A stretch of DNA of 32,000 bases from Wigglesworthia glossinidia endosymbiont of Glossina morsitans morsitans (Yale colony) (GCF_000247565.1 NC_016893.1:600001-632000); one strand, 5' to 3'; counted from the first letter of the stretch, positions 1 to 10,847 are shown. Numbers and translations are program-made. The notes: generated from the sequence alone by a model not told the origin.

Positions 1-319
1 ACTTGGATATTTAGGATCAATACTAATATTATCTATGATATTTTTAATGTCTATACGTACACTATATATCGGAAAAAGATCTTTAAAAAATCACAATAAA
101 GTACCTGGATATTTTTCTTATGCAATAGGAATATGGTTAAGTTTGCAAACAATTATGAATGTCGGAGGAGTTATAGGTATTTTACCGGTAAAAGGATTAA
201 CTTTACCTTTAATCAGTTATGGAGGTTCCAGTTTAATTACTATTTTAGTATCATTGGCATTTGTATTAAGATTAGATTTTGAATTACGTTTAAAAAAATA
301 TCAAGCAATTAATTTATGA
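1..319 (+). CDS. ftsW: Cell-division SEDS protein FtsW, C-terminal part (5' end lies outside the window)
   Basis: The frame is open from nt 2 to the stop at 317-319. [23 protein letters not shown] matches the conserved E. coli FtsW segment [19 protein letters not shown]. It lies directly upstream of murG, with a 4-bp ATGA stop/start overlap at 316-319. Confidence 0.9.
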   Translation, partial: LGYLGSILILSMIFLMSIRTLYIGKRSLKNHNKVPGYFSYAIGIWLSLQTIMNVGGVIGILPVKGLTLPLISYGGSSLITILVSLAFVLRLDFELRLKKYQAINL

Positions 320-1392
320 AAAACAAAAAAAATATACATATTTTGATTTCAGGTGGAGGTAGCGGAGGTCACGTATTTGTAGGATTATCAATTGCTAAAC
401 ATTTAATCAATCTTGGATGTAATGTAACTTGGTTGGGAGCTAAAAATAAAATAGAATCTCAGTTAATACCAAAAAATAAAATTCCAATTGAATATTTTTA
501 TGTCAGCGGATTTTGTGGAAAAAATATTTTTTTAAAATTCATTAGTATAGCGAAATTGATATATGCTTTATTTAAAGCGAAAATTTTCATAAAAAAAATA
601 AAACCAAATGTTGTTTTTTCTATAGGAGGATATGCGTCTTTACCAGGAGCTATAGCTACGTGGATGCTAAAAATTCCATTAGTAATACATGAACAAAATA
701 CAATCCCGGGATTAGCAAATTATTTTTTATCTAAATTGTCTAATTGTCAAGTATTGCAAGCATTTCCAAACACTTTTCCAGATTCTAAAGTAGTAGGAAA
801 TCCAATTAGAGAAGATATTTTAAAAATATCTTCTCCTGTAATAAGATTTCAAAATCGTTCCGGACCTTTAAGATTGTTAATATTAGGAGGTAGTCAAGGA
901 GCGACTGTATTAAATAATATTATACCATCTATTTTAAAAATATTGCCAAATAAATTTCACATAATACATCAAACAGGATTTAATGAATATAATAAAGTAA
1001 AAGAAAAATATGATAAATTGTTAAATACTAAAAATTATAAAATTTTTACATTTATAGAAGACATTTATACAGCATATAGCTGGGCGGACTTGGTGATCTG
1101 TCGCTCAGGAGCTTTGACAGTTAGCGAGATTGCTCACATCGGATTAGCTGCATTTTTTATTCCATATCCTCACAAAGATAATCAACAATATTGGAATGCT
1201 AAAATCTTAGAAGCTATAGGAGCAGCTAAAATTATTTTACAAAATAAATTTACAAAAAAAAATGTTTTGAACTTTTTATGCGATTGGAATCGAGAAAAAT
1301 CTTTCAAAATGTCTAAAAAATCAAGAGGCGCAATAATAGAAAACTCAACTAAAAAAATTATATACGAAATTTATCAGAATATACAAGTATAA
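316..1392 (+). CDS. murG: UDP-N-acetylglucosamine--N-acetylmuramyl-(pentapeptide) pyrophosphoryl-undecaprenol GlcNAc transferase
   Basis: 358 aa (E. coli 355). It has the N-terminal glycine-rich loop [19 protein letters not shown] and a GGSQGA motif. Its position between ftsW and murC is the canonical one. Confidence 0.95.
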   Translation: MKNKKNIHILISGGGSGGHVFVGLSIAKHLINLGCNVTWLGAKNKIESQLIPKNKIPIEYFYVSGFCGKNIFLKFISIAKLIYALFKAKIFIKKIKPNVVFSIGGYASLPGAIATWMLKIPLVIHEQNTIPGLANYFLSKLSNCQVLQAFPNTFPDSKVVGNPIREDILKISSPVIRFQNRSGPLRLLILGGSQGATVLNNIIPSILKILPNKFHIIHQTGFNEYNKVKEKYDKLLNTKNYKIFTFIEDIYTAYSWADLVICRSGALTVSEIAHIGLAAFFIPYPHKDNQQYWNAKILEAIGAAKIILQNKFTKKNVLNFLCDWNREKSFKMSKKSRGAIIENSTKKIIYEIYQNIQV

Positions 1393-1417
1393 AATAAACT
1401 TTAATATTATTAATAAT

Positions 1418-2848
1418 ATGATTAAAAATGATTTGTTTTTTTCAAAAATTTTAAAATCCGATAAAATTCATTTCATTGGAATTGGAGGTGCCGGTATGGG
1501 TGCACTTGCAGCATTAATGAAAAATTTAGGATATAACATTAGCGGATCAGATATTATTGAAAATTCAATCATCCACGATCTTAGAAAACTAGGTATAAAA
1601 ATTTTTATTAAACATTCCCAAAATAACATTTTTTTTTCTAAATTAGTTGTAGTTTCCAGTGCTATACCAGAAAATAATGAAGAAATTTTTGCTGCAAAAA
1701 AATTTAATATTCCAATTATTAAAAGAGCAGCAATGTTGTTTGAATTGATGAAATTTAAATATAATATTATTATTTCTGGAACACATGGAAAAACAACTAC
1801 GACTGCAATGCTTTATCATATTTTTAAAGCAGCTCAATTAAATCCAACGTATATAAATGGCGGCAAACTAATAAAAGATAATACACGCAGTTATTTAGGT
1901 ACAAGTCGTTATTGGATTGCTGAAGCAGATGAGAGTGATGCTTCTTTTTTATATTTTAAACCTAAAGTAGCTGTAGTAACTAGCATTGAAGCAGAACACT
2001 TAAATGCATATGAAAATCAATTCAAAAATTTAAAATCTGCTTTTATTAAATTTTTAAATAATACATCTTCAGGAGGATATGTCATATTATGTCTTGATGA
2101 TCGTGTTATTCAAAATATTATTCCAAAAATTAATCGGAAAATTGTTACGTATGGTTTTAACAAAAATTCTGATATTTATATAAAAAAATATTACCAAAAA
2201 AATTTTATATTTACTGCTGAAATATATATTAAAAAAATTAAAAAACATATATATTTACATATTAAAACTCCTGGAAAATTTAACATTCTAAATGCTACTG
2301 CAGCTATTTCTATAGCAATAGAAGAAGGTATTCATAGTGAGGTGATTTTAAATGCTATGTTAAAATTTCCAGGAGTTTATAGAAGGTTCAATTATATAAA
2401 AAATTATAATTTAAAAAAAATTAATAAAAAAATAGGAGAAATTGCATTGATTGATGACTACGGACATCATCCTACTGAAATAAAATTAACTATTCAAATT
2501 GTTAAAAAATTATGGTGTAATAGAAGACTAGTCATGGTCTTCCAGCCACACCGATACACACGTATGAAATTTTTATACAGAGATTTTATAGAAATTTTAT
2601 CTACTGTAGATATTTTATTATTGTTAAACATATACCCCGCTTTTGAAAAACCTATTGCTGGTATAAATAGCAAAGTTTTTTGCAAGAATATTCGTAAATT
2701 GAAAAAAACGCATGCTGTATTCGTTCCAAATATAAATAATTTATATAAAATATTAAAAATTTTACTCCTCAGTCAAGATATACTGCTATTACAAGGGGCT
2801 GGAGATATTGAACTGATATTCAAAAAATTAATTAATAAAAAAATTTAA
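1418..2848 (+). CDS. murC: UDP-N-acetylmuramate--L-alanine ligase
   Basis: 476 aa. It has the HFIGIGGAGMGALA N-terminus, the Mur-ligase P-loop GTHGKTTTTAM and DDYGHHPTE. It sits in the dcw cluster. Confidence 0.95.
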   Translation: MIKNDLFFSKILKSDKIHFIGIGGAGMGALAALMKNLGYNISGSDIIENSIIHDLRKLGIKIFIKHSQNNIFFSKLVVVSSAIPENNEEIFAAKKFNIPIIKRAAMLFELMKFKYNIIISGTHGKTTTTAMLYHIFKAAQLNPTYINGGKLIKDNTRSYLGTSRYWIAEADESDASFLYFKPKVAVVTSIEAEHLNAYENQFKNLKSAFIKFLNNTSSGGYVILCLDDRVIQNIIPKINRKIVTYGFNKNSDIYIKKYYQKNFIFTAEIYIKKIKKHIYLHIKTPGKFNILNATAAISIAIEEGIHSEVILNAMLKFPGVYRRFNYIKNYNLKKINKKIGEIALIDDYGHHPTEIKLTIQIVKKLWCNRRLVMVFQPHRYTRMKFLYRDFIEILSTVDILLLLNIYPAFEKPIAGINSKVFCKNIRKLKKTHAVFVPNINNLYKILKILLLSQDILLLQGAGDIELIFKKLINKKI

Positions 2849-2889
2849 ATTTTAGAAAAAATAAAATATATAAAGATAATAAAATTTTA

Positions 2890-3627
2890 ATGTTTAATAC
2901 AAAAACATATCAAAAAATTAAAAAATCATATAAATTTATTTTTTTATTTGTATCTATAGGATGTATAGTTTGGTTTTTTTGGAATATAGTAAAATTTTCT
3001 AACATTTTGTTTATTTTTCCATTATCTAAAATCATTATTAAAGGAAACCAGAACTTTACTACAGTAGAAGATATTAATCAAATTATTTTAGGTATAAAAT
3101 ATTCTAAAAAATTTATTCAACACGACATAATTACTATTCAAACTAATATATCTAAAATTCCATGGATTCAAAAATCGAGTATAGAAAAAAAATGGCCAGA
3201 CTCTCTAATTGTGCAAATTCTTGAATACATTCCTATAGGATTTTGGAACGATATCTATTTCATAGATGTGAACGGAACAATTTTTTATGTGCCTAAGAAA
3301 CGATTAAATAATATTAAAAATTTACTAAAAATATATGCACCGCAAAATAGTGAAAAAATCGTTTTGCATGTGCTATTAAAAATAAAAAGTATTTTGGAAA
3401 AAGAGCAAATATCTTTAAATACAATTTATATCGGAGAACAATTTAACTGGGATTTAACAATAGAAAATAATTTAAAGATAAGATTGGGACGGTATGATAA
3501 AATATATAGATTACAAAGATTTGTAACGATATATCCAGTATTATTAAAAATAGCTCAGAAAGAAAATAAAAAAATGAAGTATATAGATCTTAGATATAAT
3601 TCAGGATTATCAGTTGGATATAAATAA
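2890..3627 (+). CDS. ftsQ: Cell-division protein FtsQ
   Basis: 245 aa. There is a single N-terminal TM segment (FIFLFVSIGCIVWFFWNIV). IPWIQKSSIEKKWPDSLIVQILEYIPIGFWND aligns with E. coli FtsQ [32 protein letters not shown]. It lies immediately upstream of ftsA. Confidence 0.86.
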   Translation: MFNTKTYQKIKKSYKFIFLFVSIGCIVWFFWNIVKFSNILFIFPLSKIIIKGNQNFTTVEDINQIILGIKYSKKFIQHDIITIQTNISKIPWIQKSSIEKKWPDSLIVQILEYIPIGFWNDIYFIDVNGTIFYVPKKRLNNIKNLLKIYAPQNSEKIVLHVLLKIKSILEKEQISLNTIYIGEQFNWDLTIENNLKIRLGRYDKIYRLQRFVTIYPVLLKIAQKENKKMKYIDLRYNSGLSVGYK

Positions 3628-3653
3628 TCAATTTAATAGTACAGGCAAACTTT

Positions 3654-4910
3654 ATGACGAAAGAGACGAATAAAAAACTAGTAGGACTAGAAATTGGAAC
3701 GTCTAAAGTCGCTCTTCTTGTAGGAGATATTTTACCTGATGGAATTATAAAAATTATTGGATCAGGAAATTCTCCTTCTAAAGGAATTGATAAAGGTGGA
3801 GTAAATGATTTAGAAGCAGTAGTACAATGTGTACAACAAGCAGTTCACCAAGCTGAAATGACAGCGAAATGTCATATCGAATCTGCTTATCTTGCTCTTT
3901 CAGGAAAACACATTTCATGTCAAAACGAAATTGGCATGGTGCCGATTACTGAAGAAGAAGTGACACAAGAAGATATAGAAAATGTTGTACATACTGCAAA
4001 ATCCGTACGAATAAAAAATGAACATCGTATTCTTCATGTAATTCCACAAGATTATACTATCGATTATCAAGAAGGTATCAAAAATCCAATTGGATTAGCA
4101 GGCGTACGAATGCAAGCTAGTGTTCATTTAATTACGTGTCATAACGATATGGCAAAAAATATGATTAAAGCTGCACGTAGATGTGGAGTAAAAATAGATC
4201 AATTAATTTTTTCTGGATTGGCATCTAGTTGTTCGGTGTTAACCGAAGATGAAAAAGAACTTGGGGTATGCATAGTAGATATGGGCGGAGGCACCATGGA
4301 TATTGCAATTTACACTGCCGGAGCGTTACGCTATACAAAAGTAATTCCATATGCCGGAAACATAGTTACTAAAGATATTTCATATGCTTTTGGCACACCC
4401 CCTTTAGAAGCTGAATCAATTAAAATTCATTACGGATGTGCTTTAAAATCATTAGTCAATAAAGAAGAAACCGTAGAAATTGCTAGTTTAGGAGGTAGAC
4501 CTACAAGAAGTTTACAAAGAAAAACTCTGGCAGAAGTTATCGAACCAAGATATACAGAGTTATTACATTTAGTTAGCGATGAAATTTTAAATTTGCAAAA
4601 ACAATTACGTTCTGAAAAAATTAAACACCATTTATCTGCAGGTATAGTGTTAACGGGAGGTGCATCCCAAATCGACGGATTATCCGATTGCGCACAACAA
4701 GTATTTCGTATGCAAGTACGTATTGGAAGACCTCAGAATATCTCAGGATTAACTGAATCTGTAAATCATCCATATCATTCAACAGTAGTAGGTTTATTAC
4801 ATTATGGTAAAGAATACGTTTTTAATAAAGATATTGAAACAACAGAAAAATATACTTTTTTTGCAAATTGGATAAAAAAATTTAATAATTGGATTAAAAA
4901 AGAATTTTAA
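3654..4910 (+). CDS. ftsA: Cell-division protein FtsA (actin-like ATPase)
   Basis: 418 aa (E. coli 420). Actin-fold motifs VGLEIGTSKV, DMGGGTMDIAIY and VLTGGASQIDGL are present. The C-terminal amphipathic membrane helix WIKKFNNWIKKEF resembles E. coli WIKRLNSWLRKEF. Confidence 0.97.
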   Translation: MTKETNKKLVGLEIGTSKVALLVGDILPDGIIKIIGSGNSPSKGIDKGGVNDLEAVVQCVQQAVHQAEMTAKCHIESAYLALSGKHISCQNEIGMVPITEEEVTQEDIENVVHTAKSVRIKNEHRILHVIPQDYTIDYQEGIKNPIGLAGVRMQASVHLITCHNDMAKNMIKAARRCGVKIDQLIFSGLASSCSVLTEDEKELGVCIVDMGGGTMDIAIYTAGALRYTKVIPYAGNIVTKDISYAFGTPPLEAESIKIHYGCALKSLVNKEETVEIASLGGRPTRSLQRKTLAEVIEPRYTELLHLVSDEILNLQKQLRSEKIKHHLSAGIVLTGGASQIDGLSDCAQQVFRMQVRIGRPQNISGLTESVNHPYHSTVVGLLHYGKEYVFNKDIETTEKYTFFANWIKKFNNWIKKEF

Positions 4911-4967
4911 AACTTGAAAATTAAGTCAAATCAATTTTTTTGATGCGATTAGTTTTGGAGATATATT

Positions 4968-6131
4968 ATGTTTGAACCAATGGAATTAACTAGTGATGCA
5001 GTCATTAAAGTAGTTGGAATTGGAGGTGGTGGAGGAAATGCAGTTGAACATATGGTACGCGAATGTATCGAAGGCGTCGATTTTTTTGCAGTTAATACTG
5101 ACGCTCAAGCATTAAAAAAAACTGAAGTCAATCAAACAATTCAAATTGGCAATAGTATTACAAAAGGTTTAGGAGCTGGTGCAAATCCAGAAATAGGGAG
5201 AAATTCTGCAGAAGAAGATAAAGATGCGCTTCGTGCCATGTTAGAAGGCGCCGACATGGTATTTATTGCTTCGGGTATGGGTGGAGGTACCGGTACAGGT
5301 GCCGCTCCAGTAATTGCGGAAATTGCTAAAGATCTCGGAATTTTAACCGTAGCAGTAGTTACAAAACCATTTCACTTCGAAGGTAAAAAACGTATGTTGT
5401 TCGCAGAACAAGGTATTGATTTACTTTCGAAAAGTGTAGATTCTTTAATAATTATTCCAAATGATAAATTATTGAAAGTATTAGGTCGCGGAATTTCATT
5501 GTTAGATGCATTTAGTGCAGCAAATGATGTATTAAAAAATGCAGTTCAAGGAATTGCAGAATTAATTACACGTCCGGGATTAATTAATGTAGATTTTGCC
5601 GATGTAAAAACAGTTATGTCAGAAATGGGGTATGCTATGATGGGTTCAGGTACTTCTAAAGGCGAAAATAGATCAGAAGAATCATCTGAAATGGCAATTT
5701 CTAGTCCTTTGTTAGAAGATATCGATCTTTCTGGAGCACGTGGAGTCCTAGTAAATATTACTGCAGGATTTGATTTACGTTTAGATGAATTTGAATCTGT
5801 TGGAAATACAGTACGTTCTTTTGCTTCAGATAATGCTACAGTAGTAATTGGAACATCGTTAGATCCTAATATGAATGAAGAATTACGTGTTACTGTTGTA
5901 GCAACTGGAATTGGGATGGATAAAAGACCTGAAATAAAGTTAGTTAAAAACGTAGACGTTAATAAAAAAAATATCGATCATTTTACCTACAATTACCCTG
6001 CACAAGGATCATCTCTAGATAACAAAACTCTTATACATAAAAAGTTGTTAAATAACAAAAAAATAATAGAAGATAATCTTCAATCTGATTACTTAGATAT
6101 TCCGGCTTTTTTACGTAAACAAGCAGATTAA
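4968..6131 (+). CDS. ftsZ: Cell-division GTPase FtsZ
   Basis: 387 aa. It has the tubulin signature [17 protein letters not shown] and NTDAQAL. The C-terminal peptide [14 protein letters not shown] is identical to E. coli. A GGAG Shine-Dalgarno at 4957-4960 lies 7 nt before the ATG. Confidence 0.98.
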   Translation: MFEPMELTSDAVIKVVGIGGGGGNAVEHMVRECIEGVDFFAVNTDAQALKKTEVNQTIQIGNSITKGLGAGANPEIGRNSAEEDKDALRAMLEGADMVFIASGMGGGTGTGAAPVIAEIAKDLGILTVAVVTKPFHFEGKKRMLFAEQGIDLLSKSVDSLIIIPNDKLLKVLGRGISLLDAFSAANDVLKNAVQGIAELITRPGLINVDFADVKTVMSEMGYAMMGSGTSKGENRSEESSEMAISSPLLEDIDLSGARGVLVNITAGFDLRLDEFESVGNTVRSFASDNATVVIGTSLDPNMNEELRVTVVATGIGMDKRPEIKLVKNVDVNKKNIDHFTYNYPAQGSSLDNKTLIHKKLLNNKKIIEDNLQSDYLDIPAFLRKQAD

Positions 6132-6198
6132 TTTTTATTAAAGAACGAAACAAGCAAAACTGCTCTCTATTACTATGTTAGTATAAGTAAAGCAATAT

Positions 6199-7074
6199 AT
6201 GATTAAACAAAATACTTTAAAAAAGTCTATACAGTGTACAGGGATAGGGCTTCATTCAGGAAAAATGATTACGTTAACACTTCTTCCTGCTCCAGAAAAT
6301 ACTGGAATTATCTATCGACGTATTGATTTAGTACCTCCGGTAGAATTAGTTTCTCATATTGATATGATTAAAAATACCAAATTTTGTACGTCTTTAGAAG
6401 ATAAAAATGGAATAAAAATCTCTACTATCGAACATTTAAGTGCTGCTTTATCAGGATTATGGATTGACAACATTGTTATTGAATTAACAGGTTCCGAAAT
6501 TCCTATTATGGATGGCAGTGCATGGCCTTTTGTAAATTTAATATTACGTGCTGGAGTTAAAAAATTAGCATATGAAAAAAAATTTATATATATAAAAAAA
6601 TTAGTACGTGTTGAAAAAGAAGATAAATGGATCGAGGTTGTTCCACATAATCAATTTACTTTAGATGTCACTATTGATTTTAATCATCCAGTAATATCTG
6701 CAACATTACAAAATTACTTTTTTACTTTTTCTATTAAATCTTTTATTGAGAAAATTAGTCGCGCTAGAACTTTTGGATTTTTAAAAGATATAGACATTCT
6801 AAGATCTCAAAAATTAGCTTTAGGATGCAGTTATAATTGTGCGATTGTTATAGGCGAAAAAAATATTTTAAATCATCATGGACTACGATTTGATAATGAA
6901 TTTGTACGTCATAAAATACTTGATATAATAGGAGATTTTTTTATACCAGGTTATAATATTTTAGGAGCTTTTAGAGCTTTTAAACCAGGTCATACAATGA
7001 ATTATTTATTACTTAAAAAAATTTTAAAAAATAAAAACACCTGGGGATTAAAAAAATTGAAAAAAAATTCATAA
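6199..7074 (+). CDS. lpxC: UDP-3-O-acyl-N-acetylglucosamine deacetylase (lipid A biosynthesis)
   Basis: 291 aa (E. coli 305). The N-terminus MIKQNTLKKSIQCTGIGLHSGK...PAPENTGIIYRRIDL is nearly identical to E. coli LpxC. FVRHKILDIIGD and KPGH motifs are present. It follows ftsZ as in E. coli. Confidence 0.95.
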   Translation: MIKQNTLKKSIQCTGIGLHSGKMITLTLLPAPENTGIIYRRIDLVPPVELVSHIDMIKNTKFCTSLEDKNGIKISTIEHLSAALSGLWIDNIVIELTGSEIPIMDGSAWPFVNLILRAGVKKLAYEKKFIYIKKLVRVEKEDKWIEVVPHNQFTLDVTIDFNHPVISATLQNYFFTFSIKSFIEKISRARTFGFLKDIDILRSQKLALGCSYNCAIVIGEKNILNHHGLRFDNEFVRHKILDIIGDFFIPGYNILGAFRAFKPGHTMNYLLLKKILKNKNTWGLKKLKKNS

Positions 7075-7585
7075 ATTATTAAAAATAAAATTCAGTTACT
7101 TTTTAAGTAAATGTAATTTATAATTATTAAAAATAAATATAAAATATTTTAAATATTTTTTTTACACATAAAATATTTATTTCAAATAAAATTTTTAAAA
7201 TATTAAAATATAAAATATATCGTATTTTATTAAGTAGTATGTATTATTTAATATATTTTAATTTTTTTATTTATTAATTATCTTAAATAAGAGTAATTGT
7301 TAATATTTTAAAAAATTTTAATTAGTATAAAATATATTTTTTTTAAAATATTTTTAATATAAAATAATTTTTAATTAATAAATTAAATTTTTTAGTCAAA
7401 ATTAAAATTATTATTTCAGTAACAAATAAAAATTATTACATAATCATTCAAAATATTTTAAATATTAATTTAATCGTAAAAAAAATCAGATAAATTTATT
7501 TAAATATTATATTCAAATATACATTATCATTTAACAATAGTAATTTTTAAATAAAATAAATTTTCATAAAATTCTATGCAGAGAT

Positions 7586-10099
7586 ATGTTCAGAAAATTT
7601 TTTAATAAAATTCTTGGAAATACTAATGATCGAGCTTTAAAAGAAATTCAAAAGCTCGTTTTAATAATCAATCGATTCGAACCTCACATGGAAATTCTTA
7701 CTGATCAACAACTATCTAATAAGACTATAGAATTTAAAAATCGTATTTCAGATGGTTGTAGTTTAGATGTTCTATTACCAGAAGCATTTGCAACTGTGAG
7801 AGAAGTCAGCAAAAGATTATTTAATATGCGACATTTTGACGTTCAATTAATGGGCGGGATAGTATTAAATCGCTGTTGTATTGCTGAAATGAGTACCGGA
7901 GAAGGTAAAACTATTACTTCAGTTTTACCAGCTTATTTAAATGCTTTATTAGGGCATGGTGTACATATAGTTACTGTAAATGATTATTTAGCAAAAAGAG
8001 ATGCAAGTAATAATCAACCTTTATTTGAATTTTTAGGATTAACTGTTGGTGTAAATCTATCTGGTTTAACTATTTCAGAAAAGCGTCATGCCTACTTATC
8101 AGATATTACTTATGGTACAAATAATGAATATGGGTTCGATTATTTAAGAGATAACATGATTTTTGATATAAATGAAAAAGTACAACGTAAACTATATTTT
8201 GCATTAATCGACGAAGTTGATTCGATTCTTATTGATGAATCTCGTACTCCATTAATTATTTCAGGCCCTACTAACAATAGTTCAGAAATTTACTTAAAGA
8301 TTAATCAATTAATTCCCAATTTAATTAAGCAGGATCAAGAAGATTCTGATACCTTTCAAGGTCAAGGGCATTTTTCAATAGACGAGAAATCTCGTCAAGT
8401 TAATTTAACAGAAAGAGGCTTGATATTAATCGAAAAATTATTAATTAAACATAAATTAATTAATAAAGAAGATTCTTTATATTCTTCTAGTAATATTACA
8501 CTTATGCATCATGTGCTTTCTGCATTAAGAGCGCATACATTATTTTTTAAAAATGTAGATTATATCATAAAAAATAATACAGTTATTATTGTTGATGAAC
8601 ATACTGGACGTACAATGCCTGGTCGTAGATGGTCTGATGGATTACATCAAGCAATAGAAGCTAAGGAAAATGTACCAGTGCATAATGAAAATCAAACTTT
8701 AGCATCAATTACATTTCAAAATTATTTTAGATTATATGAAAAATTATCTGGAATGACAGGTACTGCATATACTGAAGCTGAAGAATTTAAAGCAATTTAT
8801 AAATTAGATACTATTGTCATTCCTACAAATCGACCTATTATTCGTCAAGATTTGTCCGATTTAGTATATATGACAGAAAAAGAAAAATTATCTGCAATTG
8901 TAAAAAATATACAAGATTGTTATTTAAAAAAAATTCCCGTTTTAGTTGGCACAATTTCTATTGAAAAATCTGAAAAAATTTCAAAAATATTAAGATCAAT
9001 AGGAATTAAACATAAAGTGCTTAATGCAAAATTCCATGAATTGGAAGCAGAAATTATTTCTCAAGCAGGATATCCTCAAGCTATTACGATAGCTACAAAT
9101 ATGGCAGGAAGAGGCACGGATATTATCCTTGGAGGAAATTGGAAATCTGAACTTATAAAATATAAAAAAAATTTAAATAGAACAAAAGTTAAAGAAATTA
9201 AAGAAGCCTGGAAAGTTAGAAATCAAACAGTCATCAAATTAGGCGGTTTACATATTATTGGTACCGAACGTCACGAGTCACGTCGTATTGACAATCAATT
9301 AAGAGGTAGATCGGGTCGTCAAGGAGATCCTGGTTCGTCGAGATTTTATGTATCTATGGAAGATAATTTAATGAGAATTTTTTCTTCAAATCGTATTATA
9401 CAGACTATGCAAAAATTAGGTATGCGTTCCGGTGAAGCAATTGAGCATAAATGGATTACAAAAGCTATTTCTAATGCACAAAGCAAAGTAGAAAATCGTA
9501 ATTTTGATATGAGAAAACAATTATTAGATTATGATGATGTTGCTAATGAGCAGAGAAAAGCTATCTATCATCAAAGAAACGAAATTTTGTATTCTGAAAA
9601 TGTTCAAGAAATAATTCATAATATACGTAAAGATGTATTAAAATATTTTTTCAAACAGTATACTACGCAAGAATCCCATGTATCATTAAAAATAAAAGAT
9701 TTGCAAAAAAAAATAAAAGAAAACTTTGATGTTTATTTATCAATTGAAGTATTACAAAATAATATTCATGTAATATATCAGCGTACTTTGGAAGAAATGC
9801 TAAAAAATTATCAAAAAAAAGAACAAAAAATTGGTTATAAAACTTTAAGAAATTTTGAAAAAAATATTATGCTAAAAACTTTAGATACTCTTTGGAGAGA
9901 ACATTTAGCATCTATAGATTATTTAAGACAAGGGATACACTTAAGAGGATATGCACAAAAAGATCCAAAACAAGAATATAAAAGAGAATCGTTTACTATG
10001 TTCGAAAACATGCTATATACATTAAAACATGAAGTAATTAAAACATTAAGTACAATCAAAATAAATTCATTTCAATTTAAAATAAGCAAATGCAAGTAA
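7586..10099 (+). CDS. secA: Preprotein translocase ATPase SecA (lacks the C-terminal zinc-finger tail)
   Basis: 837 aa (E. coli 901). It is collinear with E. coli SecA from [16 protein letters not shown] to [12 protein letters not shown]. Motor motifs [41 protein letters not shown] and [36 protein letters not shown] are present. Confidence 0.98.
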   Translation: MFRKFFNKILGNTNDRALKEIQKLVLIINRFEPHMEILTDQQLSNKTIEFKNRISDGCSLDVLLPEAFATVREVSKRLFNMRHFDVQLMGGIVLNRCCIAEMSTGEGKTITSVLPAYLNALLGHGVHIVTVNDYLAKRDASNNQPLFEFLGLTVGVNLSGLTISEKRHAYLSDITYGTNNEYGFDYLRDNMIFDINEKVQRKLYFALIDEVDSILIDESRTPLIISGPTNNSSEIYLKINQLIPNLIKQDQEDSDTFQGQGHFSIDEKSRQVNLTERGLILIEKLLIKHKLINKEDSLYSSSNITLMHHVLSALRAHTLFFKNVDYIIKNNTVIIVDEHTGRTMPGRRWSDGLHQAIEAKENVPVHNENQTLASITFQNYFRLYEKLSGMTGTAYTEAEEFKAIYKLDTIVIPTNRPIIRQDLSDLVYMTEKEKLSAIVKNIQDCYLKKIPVLVGTISIEKSEKISKILRSIGIKHKVLNAKFHELEAEIISQAGYPQAITIATNMAGRGTDIILGGNWKSELIKYKKNLNRTKVKEIKEAWKVRNQTVIKLGGLHIIGTERHESRRIDNQLRGRSGRQGDPGSSRFYVSMEDNLMRIFSSNRIIQTMQKLGMRSGEAIEHKWITKAISNAQSKVENRNFDMRKQLLDYDDVANEQRKAIYHQRNEILYSENVQEIIHNIRKDVLKYFFKQYTTQESHVSLKIKDLQKKIKENFDVYLSIEVLQNNIHVIYQRTLEEMLKNYQKKEQKIGYKTLRNFEKNIMLKTLDTLWREHLASIDYLRQGIHLRGYAQKDPKQEYKRESFTMFENMLYTLKHEVIKTLSTIKINSFQFKISKCK

Positions 10100-10106
10100 A
10101 ATTTTT

Positions 10107-10847
10107 TTAAATGTTATCTTTTAAACGAGCACGCAATCTTTTTATAGCTAAACTATGCAACTGACTGACACGTGATTCTCCAACTCCTAATACTAAACCG
10201 ATTTCTTTTAAATTTAATTCTTGTTGATAATATAGATTCAATAAGACTTGTTCGCGTTTAGGCAAATTACGAATTTCTTGAATAATTTTCATTTTTAGAG
10301 TATTTATTAACAATAATTGACATGGATCTTTAGTGTCTTCAAGTATATTAATCCCTTTAAAACCAAGAGTCTCTTGGTAATTACCTAAATCTTCTAAAGA
10401 AAAAATTTGACTGCAATTAGTTTCTTGAAGCATTTTTTGATATTCTAATAAAGATACTCCGAGTTCTTCTGCTATTTGCTTTTCGGTAGCAGATAATCCT
10501 AATTTTTGTTCTAATCTTTGTATGGCAGATGCAATATCTCTTGCATTTCTTCTAACACTACGAGGAACCCAGTCACGCTCTCTGAGTTCATCTAGCATGC
10601 TCCATCGAATTCTGGAACGAGCATACGTAGAAAAACTCGCACCTTGATTAATGTCAAAATTTTCTATAGCAGAGAGAAATCCTATCATTCCTGATTGAAT
10701 TAAGTCGTCTAATTCAACATTACTAGGAAGTTTAACTTGCAATCTTAATGCTTCATGACGAATCATAGGTATGTATTGTTTCCATAAAAAAATATCATTT
10801 TTGTTTAATACATATCCTGATTGAGTATACACAGTATTTGTATGCAT
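10107..10847 (-). CDS. fliA: Flagellar RNA polymerase sigma factor sigma-28 (FliA)
   Basis: 246 aa (E. coli 239), aligning end to end with E. coli FliA. Matching segments include RHEALRLQVKLPSNVELDDLIQ, MLDELRERDWVPRSVRRNAR and LYYQQELNLKEIGLVLGVGESRVSQLHSLAIKRLR, the last covering the region 4 HTH. ATG start at 10845-10847. Confidence 0.93.
   Translation of the reverse strand: MHTNTVYTQSGYVLNKNDIFLWKQYIPMIRHEALRLQVKLPSNVELDDLIQSGMIGFLSAIENFDINQGASFSTYARSRIRWSMLDELRERDWVPRSVRRNARDIASAIQRLEQKLGLSATEKQIAEELGVSLLEYQKMLQETNCSQIFSLEDLGNYQETLGFKGINILEDTKDPCQLLLINTLKMKIIQEIRNLPKREQVLLNLYYQQELNLKEIGLVLGVGESRVSQLHSLAIKRLRARLKDNI

Noticed and set aside
1643-2685. Track ORFs 1643-1837(-) and 2494-2685(-), antisense within murC.
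   Set aside because: They are entirely embedded antisense to a strongly conserved gene. The products are Cys/Phe/Asn-rich with no recognisable motif. Stop-poor antisense frames are expected at this base composition.
7141-7466. A 17-nt exact repeat, aaaatattttaaatatt, at 7141-7157 and 7450-7466 within the lpxC-secA spacer.
   Set aside because: The spacer is almost purely A/T. By rough estimate, a 17-mer match within about 500 bp of two-letter sequence is expected about once by chance. The word is also made of short palindromes that are common here.
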